Below are positions 7,935 through 18,500 of a stretch of 64,000 bases of DNA, one piece after another; positions within the stretch are counted from its first letter, which is position 1; the number at the start of each line of letters is the position of its first letter. Made by a program: the position numbers and the translations under genes. Source of the stretch: an uncultured delta proteobacterium (lineage in GTDB: Bacteria > Desulfobacterota > Deferrisomatia > Deferrisomatales > JACRMM01); contig CAVPOV010000015.1 of assembly GCA_963707045.1 (NCBI GenBank), positions 16,619 to 80,618 on the forward strand, in the 5' to 3' direction. Under the pieces are notes generated by a model. The model saw only the letters and a program-made list of their open reading frames with translations. It ran no database searches and was not told where the DNA came from.

Positions 7935-10900
7935 CTAGAACTCGGCTTCCAGAGCCCGCTCGGCAACCACGGGGGTCTCGGCCGGCCCCCCCAGCTCCCT
8001 CTTGAGTTCGAAGTTCCACTTCCAGAACTCGTAGACCACCGGGTAGACCATCAGTTCCAGCAGGAAGGACGTGAAGATGCCGCCCACCATGGGCGCCGCG
8101 ATCCGCTTCATCACGTCCGAACCCGTCCCGGTCGCCCAGAGGATCGGGACCAGCCCCAGGAACGTCGTCGCCACGGTCATGAACTTCGGCCGAATCCGCT
8201 TGGCCGCCCCGTTCACGACCGCTTCCCTAAGGTCGGCGAGGCTGCCCAGTCGCCCCTTCTCCTTGGCATCTTTGTAGGCCAGATCCAGGTAGAGGAGCAT
8301 GAACACCCCGGTCTCAGCATCCACCCCGAGAAGGGCGATCAGACCGACCCAGACGGCCACGCTCATGTTGTAGCCGAGGAAGTGCAGGAACCAGAAGGCG
8401 CCGATGGCCGAAAAGGGCACGGCGAGAACCACAATGAGCGTCTTCGCGATGGACCTGGTGTTCAGGTAGAGCAGGCCGAAGATGAGGAAGAGCGTGACGG
8501 GCACCACCACCGCCAGGCGCTCCCGCACGCGCACCATGGCCTCCCATTGCCCGCTCCACGTCGCTGCATAGCCGGCCGGCAGTTGGATCCGGCTCCGCAG
8601 CAACTCGTCCGCCTGCTCGATGTAACGGCTCGGGTCCAGCCCCGCCACGTCCACGTACACGTAGCCGGTCAACAGACCGTCCTCGTCCCGGATCATGGAA
8701 GGCCCAGCGACGGCGCGTACCGTCGCGAGTTGGCCCAAGGGGATCTGGCGCCGCCCCCCGGAGGCCGGCACCAGGACGTGGTCGAGGGCGTCGAGGTCGG
8801 AGCGGAAGTCCCGCATGTAGCGCACGTTCACGGGGTAGCGCTCCCGGTCCTGGATCGTGGTCGTGACGTTGTCGCCGCCGATGGCGCTGGTGACCGCCTG
8901 CTGCGCCTCCTCCACGCTTAGGCCGTACCGGCCGAGTTCGCTCCGGTTCCACTCCACATCGAGGAAGTAACCCCCGCCGGTGCGCTCGGCGAACACGCTG
9001 CGGGTGCCCCGGACCGACGGGAGCAGCGCCTCGATCTGCGTCCCGATCTGCTCGACCACCGCCAGGTCCGCCCCGGAGATCTTGAGCCCCACCGGGGTCC
9101 GGATCCCCGTGGTGAGCATGTCGATCCGGCCCTTGACCGGCATGGTCCAGGCGTTGGACACCCCCGGGAGTTGAAGGGCCTCGTTCAGCTCGGAGACCAG
9201 CTGTTCGGAAGAGATGTGGTCCGGCGTAACGTGGCGGAGAAGGGCCTTCAGCCACTCTGGCGCCCAGTCGGAGTACCAGGTCGGCACGCTCCGCCACTCG
9301 GACTTCAGCTTGAGGGTGATCACCGTCTCGAGCATCGAAAGGGGTGCCGGGTCGGTCGACGTCTCCGCCCTGCCGGCCTTCCCCAGGACCCGATCCACCT
9401 CCGGGAAGCTCTTGATGATCCGGTCGGTCACCTGCAGGAGTTTCTGGGCCTCCCCGATGGAGATGCCGGGCATGGTGGTGGGCATGTAGAGGATCGAGCC
9501 CTCGTCCAGGGGCGGCATGAACTCCGAGCCGAGCCCCCGGTAGACGGGAACCGTCGCCGCCAGGAGCACCAGGACCCCGCCGAGCACCGCCCACTTCCAG
9601 CGCAGCGACCAGCGCACCACCGGCTCGTAGAGCCGGATCAGGAGCCGGCTCACGGGGTGGCGCTCCTCCGGGTGGATGGTGCCCACGAAGATGCCGTTGG
9701 CGAGCCGGCACAGCCACGCGGGCCGGAAGTCCCGCTGCCTGACCTGGGTGAGCCACACCCGCAGGGCGGGGTCGAGGGTGATCGCCAGCACGGCGGCGAC
9801 GATCATGGCGAGGGTCTTGGTGTACGCCAGGGGCTTGAACAGCCGCCCCTCCTGGGCCTCCAGGGTCAGCACCGGCAGGAACGAGACGGCGATCACCAGG
9901 AGGCTGAAGAAGCTCGCCCCACCCACCTCCTTCACGGCCCGCACCACCACGGAGCGCACCGTCTCGGTCCGCTCGCCCCGCCCCCACTCCTCGAGCTTCT
10001 TGTGGGTCTGCTCCACCACCACGATGGACGCGTCCACCAGGGCCCCGATGGCGATGGCGATGCCCCCCAGGGACATGATGTTGGCCGAGAGGCCCATGAG
10101 GCGGAACGGGATGAACGCGATGAGCACCGCCAGGGGGATGGTCACCACCGGGATCAGGGCGCTCGGGATGTGCCAGAGGAACAGCAGGATCACCAGGGCG
10201 ACCGTGACGATGACCTCCACCAGGGTGGAGCGCAGGTTGTCGATGGCGCTGCGGATCAGGTCCGAGCGGTCGTAGATCGGTACGATCCGGACGCCCTCCG
10301 GCAGGCCGGGCTCGATCTCCCGAATCCGCTTCTTCACCCGGTCGATCACCGCCAGCGCGTTCTCCCCCTGGCGCATGACCACGATGCCCGAGACCACGTC
10401 GCCGGTGCCGTCCAGGTCCGCGACACCCCGCCGCAGGTCCGGCCCCAGCACCACCTGCCCCACGTCCCGGATGCGGATCGGCGTGCCGGTCTCGCTCGCG
10501 GACAGGACGATCTCCTCGATGTCCCGGACCGACTTGGCGTAGCCTCGGCCCCGCACCATGAACTCGGTGCCGCCGAACTCCACGAGCCGCCCCGCGACCT
10601 CCGCGTTGCCGGCGCGCACCGCCTCCACGACCCGGCTCAGGGGAATGCCGTACGCCTGGAGCCTGTTGGGATCCAGATTCACCTGGAACTGCTTCCCGAA
10701 GCCCCCGAGCGGCGCCACCTCTGCCACGCCCGGCACGGACTTCAGGTAGTAGCGCAGCGTCCAGTCCTGGTATGCGCGAAGATCCGCCAGGCTGTAGGTG
10801 CCGGAGCGGTCCTCGAGCACGTACTGGAACACCCACCCGAGCCCCGTGGCGTCGGGCCCCAGATCCGTCTTCACCCCCGGCGGCAGTTGGGAGAGTACCC

Positions 10901-11243
10901 CCGAGAGGTACTCGAGGGTGCGGGAGCGGGCCCAGTAGATGTCGGTCCCGTCCTCGAAGATCGCATAGACGTAGGAGTAGCCGAAGTCGGAAAAACCGCG
11001 GACGGCCTTTACCTTGGGCGCGCCCACCAGCGCCTGGACGATGGGATAGGTGACCTGGGCCTCCACGAGATCGGGGCTTCTGTCCCACCGGGAGAAGACG
11101 ATGACCTGCGTGTCGGAGAGGTCCGGTATGGCGTCGAGGGGTACCCGTTGGAGCGACCACCAGCCCGCCAGCGCGGCGGCGGCCACGAGCACGACGACGA
11201 AGAACCGGTTGCGGACCGAGAACTCGATGACGCGGTCGATCAT
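7935..11243 (-). CDS. cusA: CusA/CzcA heavy-metal RND efflux permease
   Basis: MIDRVIEFSVRNR, DAIPDLSDTQVI, LGPDATGLGW, GSEFMPPLDEG, KAGRAETSTDPAP and RIRPKFMT. Confidence 0.95.
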   Translation of the reverse strand: MIDRVIEFSVRNRFFVVVLVAAAALAGWWSLQRVPLDAIPDLSDTQVIVFSRWDRSPDLVEAQVTYPIVQALVGAPKVKAVRGFSDFGYSYVYAIFEDGTDIYWARSRTLEYLSGVLSQLPPGVKTDLGPDATGLGWVFQYVLEDRSGTYSLADLRAYQDWTLRYYLKSVPGVAEVAPLGGFGKQFQVNLDPNRLQAYGIPLSRVVEAVRAGNAEVAGRLVEFGGTEFMVRGRGYAKSVRDIEEIVLSASETGTPIRIRDVGQVVLGPDLRRGVADLDGTGDVVSGIVVMRQGENALAVIDRVKKRIREIEPGLPEGVRIVPIYDRSDLIRSAIDNLRSTLVEVIVTVALVILLFLWHIPSALIPVVTIPLAVLIAFIPFRLMGLSANIMSLGGIAIAIGALVDASIVVVEQTHKKLEEWGRGERTETVRSVVVRAVKEVGGASFFSLLVIAVSFLPVLTLEAQEGRLFKPLAYTKTLAMIVAAVLAITLDPALRVWLTQVRQRDFRPAWLCRLANGIFVGTIHPEERHPVSRLLIRLYEPVVRWSLRWKWAVLGGVLVLLAATVPVYRGLGSEFMPPLDEGSILYMPTTMPGISIGEAQKLLQVTDRIIKSFPEVDRVLGKAGRAETSTDPAPLSMLETVITLKLKSEWRSVPTWYSDWAPEWLKALLRHVTPDHISSEQLVSELNEALQLPGVSNAWTMPVKGRIDMLTTGIRTPVGLKISGADLAVVEQIGTQIEALLPSVRGTRSVFAERTGGGYFLDVEWNRSELGRYGLSVEEAQQAVTSAIGGDNVTTTIQDRERYPVNVRYMRDFRSDLDALDHVLVPASGGRRQIPLGQLATVRAVAGPSMIRDEDGLLTGYVYVDVAGLDPSRYIEQADELLRSRIQLPAGYAATWSGQWEAMVRVRERLAVVVPVTLFLIFGLLYLNTRSIAKTLIVVLAVPFSAIGAFWFLHFLGYNMSVAVWVGLIALLGVDAETGVFMLLYLDLAYKDAKEKGRLGSLADLREAVVNGAAKRIRPKFMTVATTFLGLVPILWATGTGSDVMKRIAAPMVGGIFTSFLLELMVYPVVYEFWKWNFELKRELGGPAETPVVAERALEAEF

Positions 11244-12910
11244 CCCTGCCCGCCGCCCATCTTTCCTCCCATCGGGACTTCCCTGCCCCTGCCGCCGGGA
11301 GTGGTCGGAACGTCCGGCGGCGCGCCGCTCGGCTCCAGCTTCATGCCGTTCGCACCGTGGCCATGGTTCATGGGCATGGAGCCCGGCGCGTCCCCCGAGC
11401 CCCTCTTCATGAGCGCCGGGCCCCCGGGGCTTGCGGAGCCGCTGTCCCACTCGGCGGGCACCTGCCCCGCGGCCGGGTCCCCCGCCGCCGGGCCGTTGCG
11501 GGTGTGGTGCTCCGGCGCCGCCGAGAACTCCCTCTGGCACGCCGCGGAGCAGAAGTGGTACGTCCGCCCCCGGTACTCGGCGGTTCTCCCGGCGGCCGTC
11601 GTGCGCTCCACGTCGATGTCCATGTCGCAGACGACGCACCGGCCCGGCGTGCCCTGGATTCCGAGGGAAGCCGCCCGCATCCGGCTTTCGGAGTCGAGGA
11701 GGAAGTTGCCCGAGACGACGATCCTCTCCCCCTCCATGAGCCCCCGGGTGACCGCCACCCGATCGCCGAACCTGGCCCCGGTCTCCACCCTGCGCGGCTC
11801 GAAGTAGCCGTTCTCCAGGTCGACGAACACGGTCTTGCGAAGCCCCGAGTCGAGCACCGCATCCACGGGCACCGCGAGCGCCGACGGCACCTCGACCGGG
11901 ATCTCCACGTCCACGAACATGTCGGGTCGGAGCACGTCGTCCGGGTTGTCCACCTCGACCCGGAGCTTCAGGGTCCGGGTCGTCCCGTCGAACACCGGTT
12001 CCACTTGGCTGACCTGCCCCTGGAAGGTCCGGCCCTGGTCGGGGAGCGTGACCCTTGCGGGCAGGCCCGCCTTGGCCGCCTGCACGTCGGCGCCGAACAG
12101 GTCCCCGAGCACCCACACCCGGCTCAGGTCCGCGATCCGGTAGAGCTCCGCCCCCTTGTCGGAACGCTGCTCGGCTGCGATGTCGCGTGCCAGCACGATG
12201 CCCGAGACCGCCGAGCGGACCTCGATCACGTCCGGAAGGACGCGCGTCCGAGTGAGCTCGTCGATCTGACGGTCCGTCAAACCCTCGTTTCGAAGGCTGT
12301 TCCGGAAGGTCTCGATGTTCCACACCCCGAGCCGGAGCTGCTCCATCGGCGGTGTGGCTCTGGACGGGACTTGAACCGAGCTGTCCAAGCGTGCGAGGTA
12401 GCCCTGGACCAGAGGGATGAGGTCGCCGGGGGGGTAGATCGTCGCCAGCAGCTCCCCCTTGCGAACCTTGCTGCCGGTCGTTGCGGGAGAGACCGTCTTG
12501 GCCCACCAGTCCTTGGCCGCGGTCACCCGGTAGACCCGGTCCTCATCGGGCACCACCCGGCCGAGCAGTCGCACCGTGCGCGCGGCAGGCGCCCGCTCCA
12601 CGGTCGCCACCCGGACGCCGATCAACTGCTGCCGCGCGGGCGACACCTTCACCGTGCCGAAGGGCAGACCTGCGTCGGCCGCGGACGAAGCCGGTCCGAC
12701 ACCCTCCGCGTACACGGGTTCGAGTCGCATGCCGCAGTCCGGCGCCAGGCCGGGACTGTCGGACCGATACGCCGGGTGCATGGGATCCACCCAGTACAGG
12801 ACTTCGGGGCTCGCGCCGTCCTTTCCCCGTCCTCCGCCCCTCCAGACGCCGGCGGCAAAGGCGGCGGCCAACGAGGCCAGAAGCAGAATCCACTTCCCGG
12901 GTCGTGTCAT
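11240..12910 (-). CDS. cusB: CusB-type periplasmic adaptor with heavy-metal-binding and YHS domains
   Basis: DPMHP...PDCGMRL, IADLSRVWV, LRPDMFV, YHS-like YRGRTYHFCSAAC and a Met/His-rich tail. Overlaps the cusA start by 4 nt. Confidence 0.93.
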   Translation of the reverse strand: MTRPGKWILLLASLAAAFAAGVWRGGGRGKDGASPEVLYWVDPMHPAYRSDSPGLAPDCGMRLEPVYAEGVGPASSAADAGLPFGTVKVSPARQQLIGVRVATVERAPAARTVRLLGRVVPDEDRVYRVTAAKDWWAKTVSPATTGSKVRKGELLATIYPPGDLIPLVQGYLARLDSSVQVPSRATPPMEQLRLGVWNIETFRNSLRNEGLTDRQIDELTRTRVLPDVIEVRSAVSGIVLARDIAAEQRSDKGAELYRIADLSRVWVLGDLFGADVQAAKAGLPARVTLPDQGRTFQGQVSQVEPVFDGTTRTLKLRVEVDNPDDVLRPDMFVDVEIPVEVPSALAVPVDAVLDSGLRKTVFVDLENGYFEPRRVETGARFGDRVAVTRGLMEGERIVVSGNFLLDSESRMRAASLGIQGTPGRCVVCDMDIDVERTTAAGRTAEYRGRTYHFCSAACQREFSAAPEHHTRNGPAAGDPAAGQVPAEWDSGSASPGGPALMKRGSGDAPGSMPMNHGHGANGMKLEPSGAPPDVPTTPGGRGREVPMGGKMGGGQG

Positions 12911-13031
12911 CGCGTCGCCCTACCCCCTCCTCCCCGATCCTGGAACGGACCTACCCAAACCGAGACGCGCCGAACATGTTGGCCGGAAATGGCCGGGGGC
13001 TCAAGATCTCAGCGGACAAGGACTCCGCGGC

Positions 13032-13724
13032 TCACTTGACGTCGAGAAGCTCCAGCTCATAGACGAGGGTTGCGTTCGGCCCGACGTATCGGCCGGATCC
13101 CTGCTCCCCGTAGGCCAACTGGGGCGGGACGAAGAGCTGCCACTTGGAGCCCTCGGGCATGAGCAGCAGGGCCTCGCGCCACCCCTCGATGATCCCCCTT
13201 CGCAGCGTGAACTGCACGGGCCGTCCCCTGCGGTACGTGCTCTCGAACTCGGTCCCGTCGACGAGGTTCCCGCGGTAGTGGCACTCCACCGTGTCGGCTT
13301 CAGTCGGCGTCCTGCCGGCGCCTGGCTGGAGAATCTTGTACTGGAGCCCGCTCGGCAGAGTCACCACCCCTTCCTTGCTCCGGTTCCCCGCCAGGAAGGC
13401 GGCCCCCGCCCTCCCGTTCTCTTCCGCCGCGCTCCTCGCGTCCGCCGCTTGCCTGCCCTTCAGTTCGGCGTGGAAGGCGTCCTGCGTTACGCGAAGCTCC
13501 GCTTCGCTCAGGAGGAGCGATTCTCCCGAGTTCACGTCCCTCACGGCTCTCAGCAGCAGTTCCAGATCCAGGTCGAGCCCGAGGCGCCGGAAGTCCCTCG
13601 CCGTCTCGACGCCGATCCCGTAGCTCACCCTCCCTGCCTGCGTCTCGATCGCCGGCGCCTCCGCGGCGCCGGCCGGGCCGGCCAGGACGAAGATTTCAAC
13701 TGCGACCATCCACTTCCGCTTCAT
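13032..13724 (-). CDS. FKBP-type (Mip/FkpA-like) peptidyl-prolyl isomerase, exported
   Basis: VSYGIG, LPSGLQYKIL, CHYRGNLVDGTEFES, IEGWREAL and GPNATLVYELEL. Confidence 0.93.
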   Translation of the reverse strand: MKRKWMVAVEIFVLAGPAGAAEAPAIETQAGRVSYGIGVETARDFRRLGLDLDLELLLRAVRDVNSGESLLLSEAELRVTQDAFHAELKGRQAADARSAAEENGRAGAAFLAGNRSKEGVVTLPSGLQYKILQPGAGRTPTEADTVECHYRGNLVDGTEFESTYRRGRPVQFTLRRGIIEGWREALLLMPEGSKWQLFVPPQLAYGEQGSGRYVGPNATLVYELELLDVK

Positions 13725-14266
13725 CGACTCCTCGATCGGGTTTCGTTGGTGCGTTGCCGGCCCAACGAGACTCACCCCCCGCAAACCCCTGACAACCCGG
13801 GAGGAACGCGAAGAAACGCAGGACGAGCTTCTTGTCCTCTGTCCGCCTCGCACCCACCGTCACCCCCTTCGTCGGCTCGGCGGCGAGAGGAGCATCCAGC
13901 GGGCCCGCGGTTTGCAGCCCGGAAGCGGAGGACCCGCTCCCCCGTCTCTTCGGCCACCGCCGGGCAACCCTGCAGCGATTTCTGAACTCTGCGGCCCAGG
14001 TGCGGAGCCCTCGTTCCCGCCACGCCCCGCGAGCAAGGTGCTCCAAGCCGTTGTGCAGCACCCGAGGACACCGGGGATGGCCAAGGAGCGCGGCGTCGTG
14101 GGCCCGGAGGACGGCATTGGCGTCAGGGCCGGGCGCGGCGCCTTGCGGAGGGTCCCGGTCGGCCCGGGCAAGTCCCCCGGCACCCCGGGGAGGAGGCGGG
14201 CAAGAAAGACGTCCTTCGTGCGACCCCTTCGCACCCCCTGGGGGGCCTTGGAGGCGGCGCCCACCC

Positions 14267-15397
14267 TCACTGCCCGACCATCGTCGCCCCGAAGAACGTC
14301 AACACGTCGTCGATGGGATTGGCGACGGCGAGGGTGCTGCTCCCCGCGTAGAGGAGGCCCACTGCGCGGGGATTCGTAGCGGTGTCCTCCACGAGCACCG
14401 CGCCCGAATCTCCGCCGGCGAGGAAGCTGCCGTCCCGGTTCTTGACGACGGTCTGGCCGGTGAAGACCTTCGTGAACGCCGTGCCTCCGGCGCACTCGTC
14501 GTCGTAGTCCACCGACACCGTGGCGTTGAGGGCGGAGACGGTGCTCCGGGTCAGGCCCGTCGTCCGGCCGCTCTTCTTGACCTTCTGCCTCAGGAAGGCG
14601 TCGGCCGTCGTTGCGGAGAGGACCCCGACCTCCAGGACGGCGCCGTCGGGGCTCACCATGCCCGGAACCACCCGGGCGACGGCGGCGTCCACGTTGCCTT
14701 CCGGCAGGGAAGCGGACATCACCAGGTTCGCCACCGCCTGTGCCCCACCCGCACTGCACCCCACGTCCATCAGACCGGGCTGGAGGATCGGGTCTTCTTC
14801 GGTGGCCGTGTCGTTGTTCCCCCCGGGGACGATGTCGGCCTCGAAGACGTGGTAGTTGCTCAGGACGTGCCGGACTCCGTCGATCTCCACCAGCGCCCCG
14901 AGCGTGCCGCCGCAGCAGTACCCGTTGGCCAGGTCGTAGCCCCAGCCGCCGGAGGTCCCGAGCTGAATCGGGGGCGCTTGCGGTGCCGTGTGGCTGACCT
15001 CGACGGAGGGCGTCTTCACGCGGCGCTGGGCGCGAAACGGCTCGGTGAGCTCGACGACCACGGGCGCGCCCCGGATCGCCTTGGGCAGGGCCCGGACGAC
15101 CTCAGCCATGGCCTTGCCGCGCTGATTCACGTAGACGACGAGGGCCACCTCCCCTTCCTCGTCCACCCCGGTGGCGGTGCCGAGAATGCCCTCCGACACC
15201 ATCAGGAAGGGCGTGATCTCCTCCTGGATCCCCATGACCTGCTTCACCTTCGCGTGCTGCTTGTCCAGCACCCCCGGCGGAGGCCCCCCTCCGAAGGCGA
15301 CGCCTGACGCGAGGAGAAACCCCGCGAGAAGAGTCGGGCACCCGAACACAACCTTCCTCTGCCGGTGACCCGGTGAACCGCTAGAGAGCGTGCTCAT
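14267..15397 (-). CDS. Secreted trypsin-like (PA clan) serine protease with prodomain
   Basis: Signal peptide; GGTLG, LSNYHV (His), VDAAVA (Asp), KSGRTTG and GGDSGA (Ser). Confidence 0.85.
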   Translation of the reverse strand: MSTLSSGSPGHRQRKVVFGCPTLLAGFLLASGVAFGGGPPPGVLDKQHAKVKQVMGIQEEITPFLMVSEGILGTATGVDEEGEVALVVYVNQRGKAMAEVVRALPKAIRGAPVVVELTEPFRAQRRVKTPSVEVSHTAPQAPPIQLGTSGGWGYDLANGYCCGGTLGALVEIDGVRHVLSNYHVFEADIVPGGNNDTATEEDPILQPGLMDVGCSAGGAQAVANLVMSASLPEGNVDAAVARVVPGMVSPDGAVLEVGVLSATTADAFLRQKVKKSGRTTGLTRSTVSALNATVSVDYDDECAGGTAFTKVFTGQTVVKNRDGSFLAGGDSGAVLVEDTATNPRAVGLLYAGSSTLAVANPIDDVLTFFGATMVGQ

Positions 15398-15536
15398 CGT
15401 CGATTCCTCCTTGAGTCGCCCCCCTCGACGTCCGGCGGGACCGGCGCCAGGTACGGGGTTTCGGTCCAACGATCGGGACCCGTTGCACCGTCGCCAACTC
15501 CACGCAGGCGAACGTGGCGTGCGTGGGCATGTGGTG

Positions 15537-15567
15537 AAAAAAACGGGGAGGGATTGCTCCCTCCCCG
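15537..15567 (-). terminator. Intrinsic terminator after the multicopper oxidase
   Basis: Minus strand CGGGGAGGGA-GCAA-TCCCTCCCCG followed by T7. Confidence 0.85.
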
Positions 15568-15590
15568 ACAAGGCTGCCCCTGCGTCCTAC

Positions 15591-18500
15591 TTAGGGACCC
15601 GTGCGGATGGGGAACGGCAGGGCGTTCGTCCAGTCGGATGAACCGCCGAGGCGTTGTTCGCCCGGATCCGGTAGTAGTAGATTGTGTTCTCCTCACGGTC
15701 TGCGTGAGCTCCTGGGGCGCCCGCAACCGTGGAGGTGTTCAGGCCGGTCGTGAAGGATAGGTTCGTCGGCACGCTGGATCGTGAAGTTGGTCGGGTCGCC
15801 GCCGATACCACCCAGTTCAGTGTAGCCGTAGTAGTTGTTGCCGTTAGCCTGGCACGGCCATCACAGTGAAACTGGTGGGCGCAGCCGGAATCGCAGGCAC
15901 GCCACGGATATGCGAGCGTTACTGTACGCCGACGACCCGCCCGCGTTCACCGCCTTCACCCGGTAGAGTAGCTGTTACCGACCGCTACCGTGGTATCCAC
16001 GTAGGTCACGTTGCCGGTGTTGTTTCTCGGTCCCGCCGCGGCGATCTGGGCGAAGTTGCCGCAGGCGGCCAGTGGTCGCGGTGCAGCGCTCGACCACAAA
16101 GCCGGTCTCGTTGATGGCGTTGTCCCTCCAGCGTCAGGCTCACCTGCGGTCCGGACTGCCAGGGTCGCCGTCAGGTACGTCGGAGCTGCCGGCGCGTGTC
16201 CGGCGCGGTCCCGACAGGACTTGACCGTGTTGGAAACAGAGTCGGCAGACATGGTGGGGAAGCCTGCCGTTTGCACGTCGCCGACCGTGACCGCCGATCG
16301 CGAACACCCTGTACCAGTACTGGTATCCCTCGCGACGTTGTGTCTTGATATGTCACTGTATTCGGTACCGAACCGTGGTTGGGTCGCAACGTACTGAACG
16401 TCGTCAGTCCCGTCGTGAAATTGGCATCCGTTGCCCTTTGGATGGTGAACCGTGTCTCTTTCAGGGAGTTGTCAGTCCAGGATCAAGGTCGACTCTCGGG
16501 TTGTTGCCGGTGCCGGTCACGGTGACAGAGCAAGGCGCGTGGGTGCCCTCGGCGGAACCGCGAACACCAGGGTGTGCATCATGTCCATCTCTTCGTGGGA
16601 GAGGATGTGGCAGTGCCACACGTACTCCCAGCCGAAGTTGACGAAGTGGTTCAGGATCTCCGGGATCGGTTGCCCTGCGGGTCGAACCATCCCGCGGGCG
16701 CCGGCGGGATAAGCGTGGCCCCCTCCGGCAGCGTCGGATCGATCAGCCGGACAGCTGTCGGGCACCTCGAACGGGACCTGGTCCGGAGTGGGAACGGTCG
16801 GCCTCATCGCCAGGTAGGTGATCTCCAGCGGGTTCACCTTGAAGGTGTCTTTCCAGCCCAGCTCGATCGGGTCCACCTGATCCGGGTCGTACCACTGGCC
16901 GCTCTGGTCAACGCGGTTGATGAGCTGGCAGTGGAACAGGTGGGTGTGGATGGGGTGGGTATCCACGCCGTTGTGGAAGATCCTCCAGATCTGTGTGCCG
17001 TCGGGCAGCACCCCGATTGGCGTCCCCTCCACTGAGCCCTTGACGAGATCCGTGGGCGGGCTCGCCAAGGGGTAGGGGATCAACACATGGTTGGGGGAGT
17101 TCAGGAGACTGAGTCCCGAGCATCCCGCTCATCCGGCCGAACAGGGTGTCGTACACGCCGCCCATCTCGTCGTGCATGGCCTTCATCTCGAGCGGCATCG
17201 TGACGGCAGGCTGAAGATCCCCGGCGTCGTCGATGGGTTGGAAGGTCTTCTCGTAGATCGGCGATCTGGATGTACTGCTCCGTGGCGCCGGCCGGGAACG
17301 GGGTTGTTGTAGGCGGAGTTGTAACGCGGCCTGCGGGATGATGATCGGGTCCTGGTGAGGCCTCGAAGACGCCGCGCTTCGCGTCTCGTCTTCGCGAACA
17401 CCGCCTCGAGGTTCGCAAGGGTAACGTCTGTTGTCGGGCGTCGTACAGCGGTTCCGCACCCGGATCTGCATGATGGTTCGGGTGTTGGGGCCGTAGCCGG
17501 GCTGCGTGTTGGGCGCGCCGCCGGCATCCATCTGGTTTCCGTTGCCCGTGTAGAAGTCGAAGGGCGCTGCACCCGCCGGGACAGGCGCCGGGGAATCGTT
17601 GTAGAGGATGAGGGTCTTGCCGGCGTAGGCGCTGAAGTCAACGATCACGTCGGCCCGCTCCGCTGATCCCAGGAAAAGCGAGTGTTGGTTGACGATGCCG
17701 AAATTGAAGTAGCCCGTGTCGAGGTTATAGCCGATGGGCTGCTGGGGCACCACGACCGGCTTCGGCATGAAGCCGCCCTCGGTGCCGATCTGGATCCAGG
17801 GGGGTCCTGCCGTTGCCGGATCGGGAATGCCGCTCGGCGTGTCCGCAACTGGTTCGCCGGCGCCACACTGACCGGGACCATCTTGACTTCGGTGCAGTAC
17901 GTCGGGTCCGCACCCAGCTCCGTCGCAGAGGACGGTGCCGGTGGTGGCAGCGCGTGGTCGGAGTCAGGTCTTGTCCGCGGCCACGTAGAGCTGCAGGTTG
18001 AAGAACCGGTCGTTGGCGGCGTTCAGGATGCGGAACCGGTAGGCCTTGGGCTCCACCTCCAGGTACGGGTAGGCGGTGCCGTTGACGATCGGGGTGTCCA
18101 GGAAGCTCTCGCCCGGCATGGAGGGGTTCGGCACCCCCGGCATGAATGGCGGCTCCCAGGGAGCATCAATCGGGTCATAGTACTCGGTTCGGCACGGGTC
18201 CGACCTCGATGCACCCCACCGGGAGCCCGTTCACGCACGCGGGGACCGGCGGGTTGAACCAGGGGCCGTAGTGCCACCGGCCGAAGGCGTTGGTGCCGGT
18301 CAGGTCCCACGGATTCTGGACCGTCATGTAGACATGGGGGTACCAGAGGTCGCCGGTGACTGCGTCGGTGATGTTCCCGTTGCCGGGTCTCTCGGCCCTG
18401 TTCCCGAGTTCCAGGTGGGGTCCTGAGCGAAGATTGTGTCGGCGTCCACGAAGGTCCTGTCCTGGATGACCAGGGGAATGCCGAGGTCGGGGAGGACCTG

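Noticed and set aside
7935-12506. 1523-aa ORF as a giant CusA fusion
   Set aside because: The first ~420 aa are an alternative frame over cusB; CusA starts at 11243.
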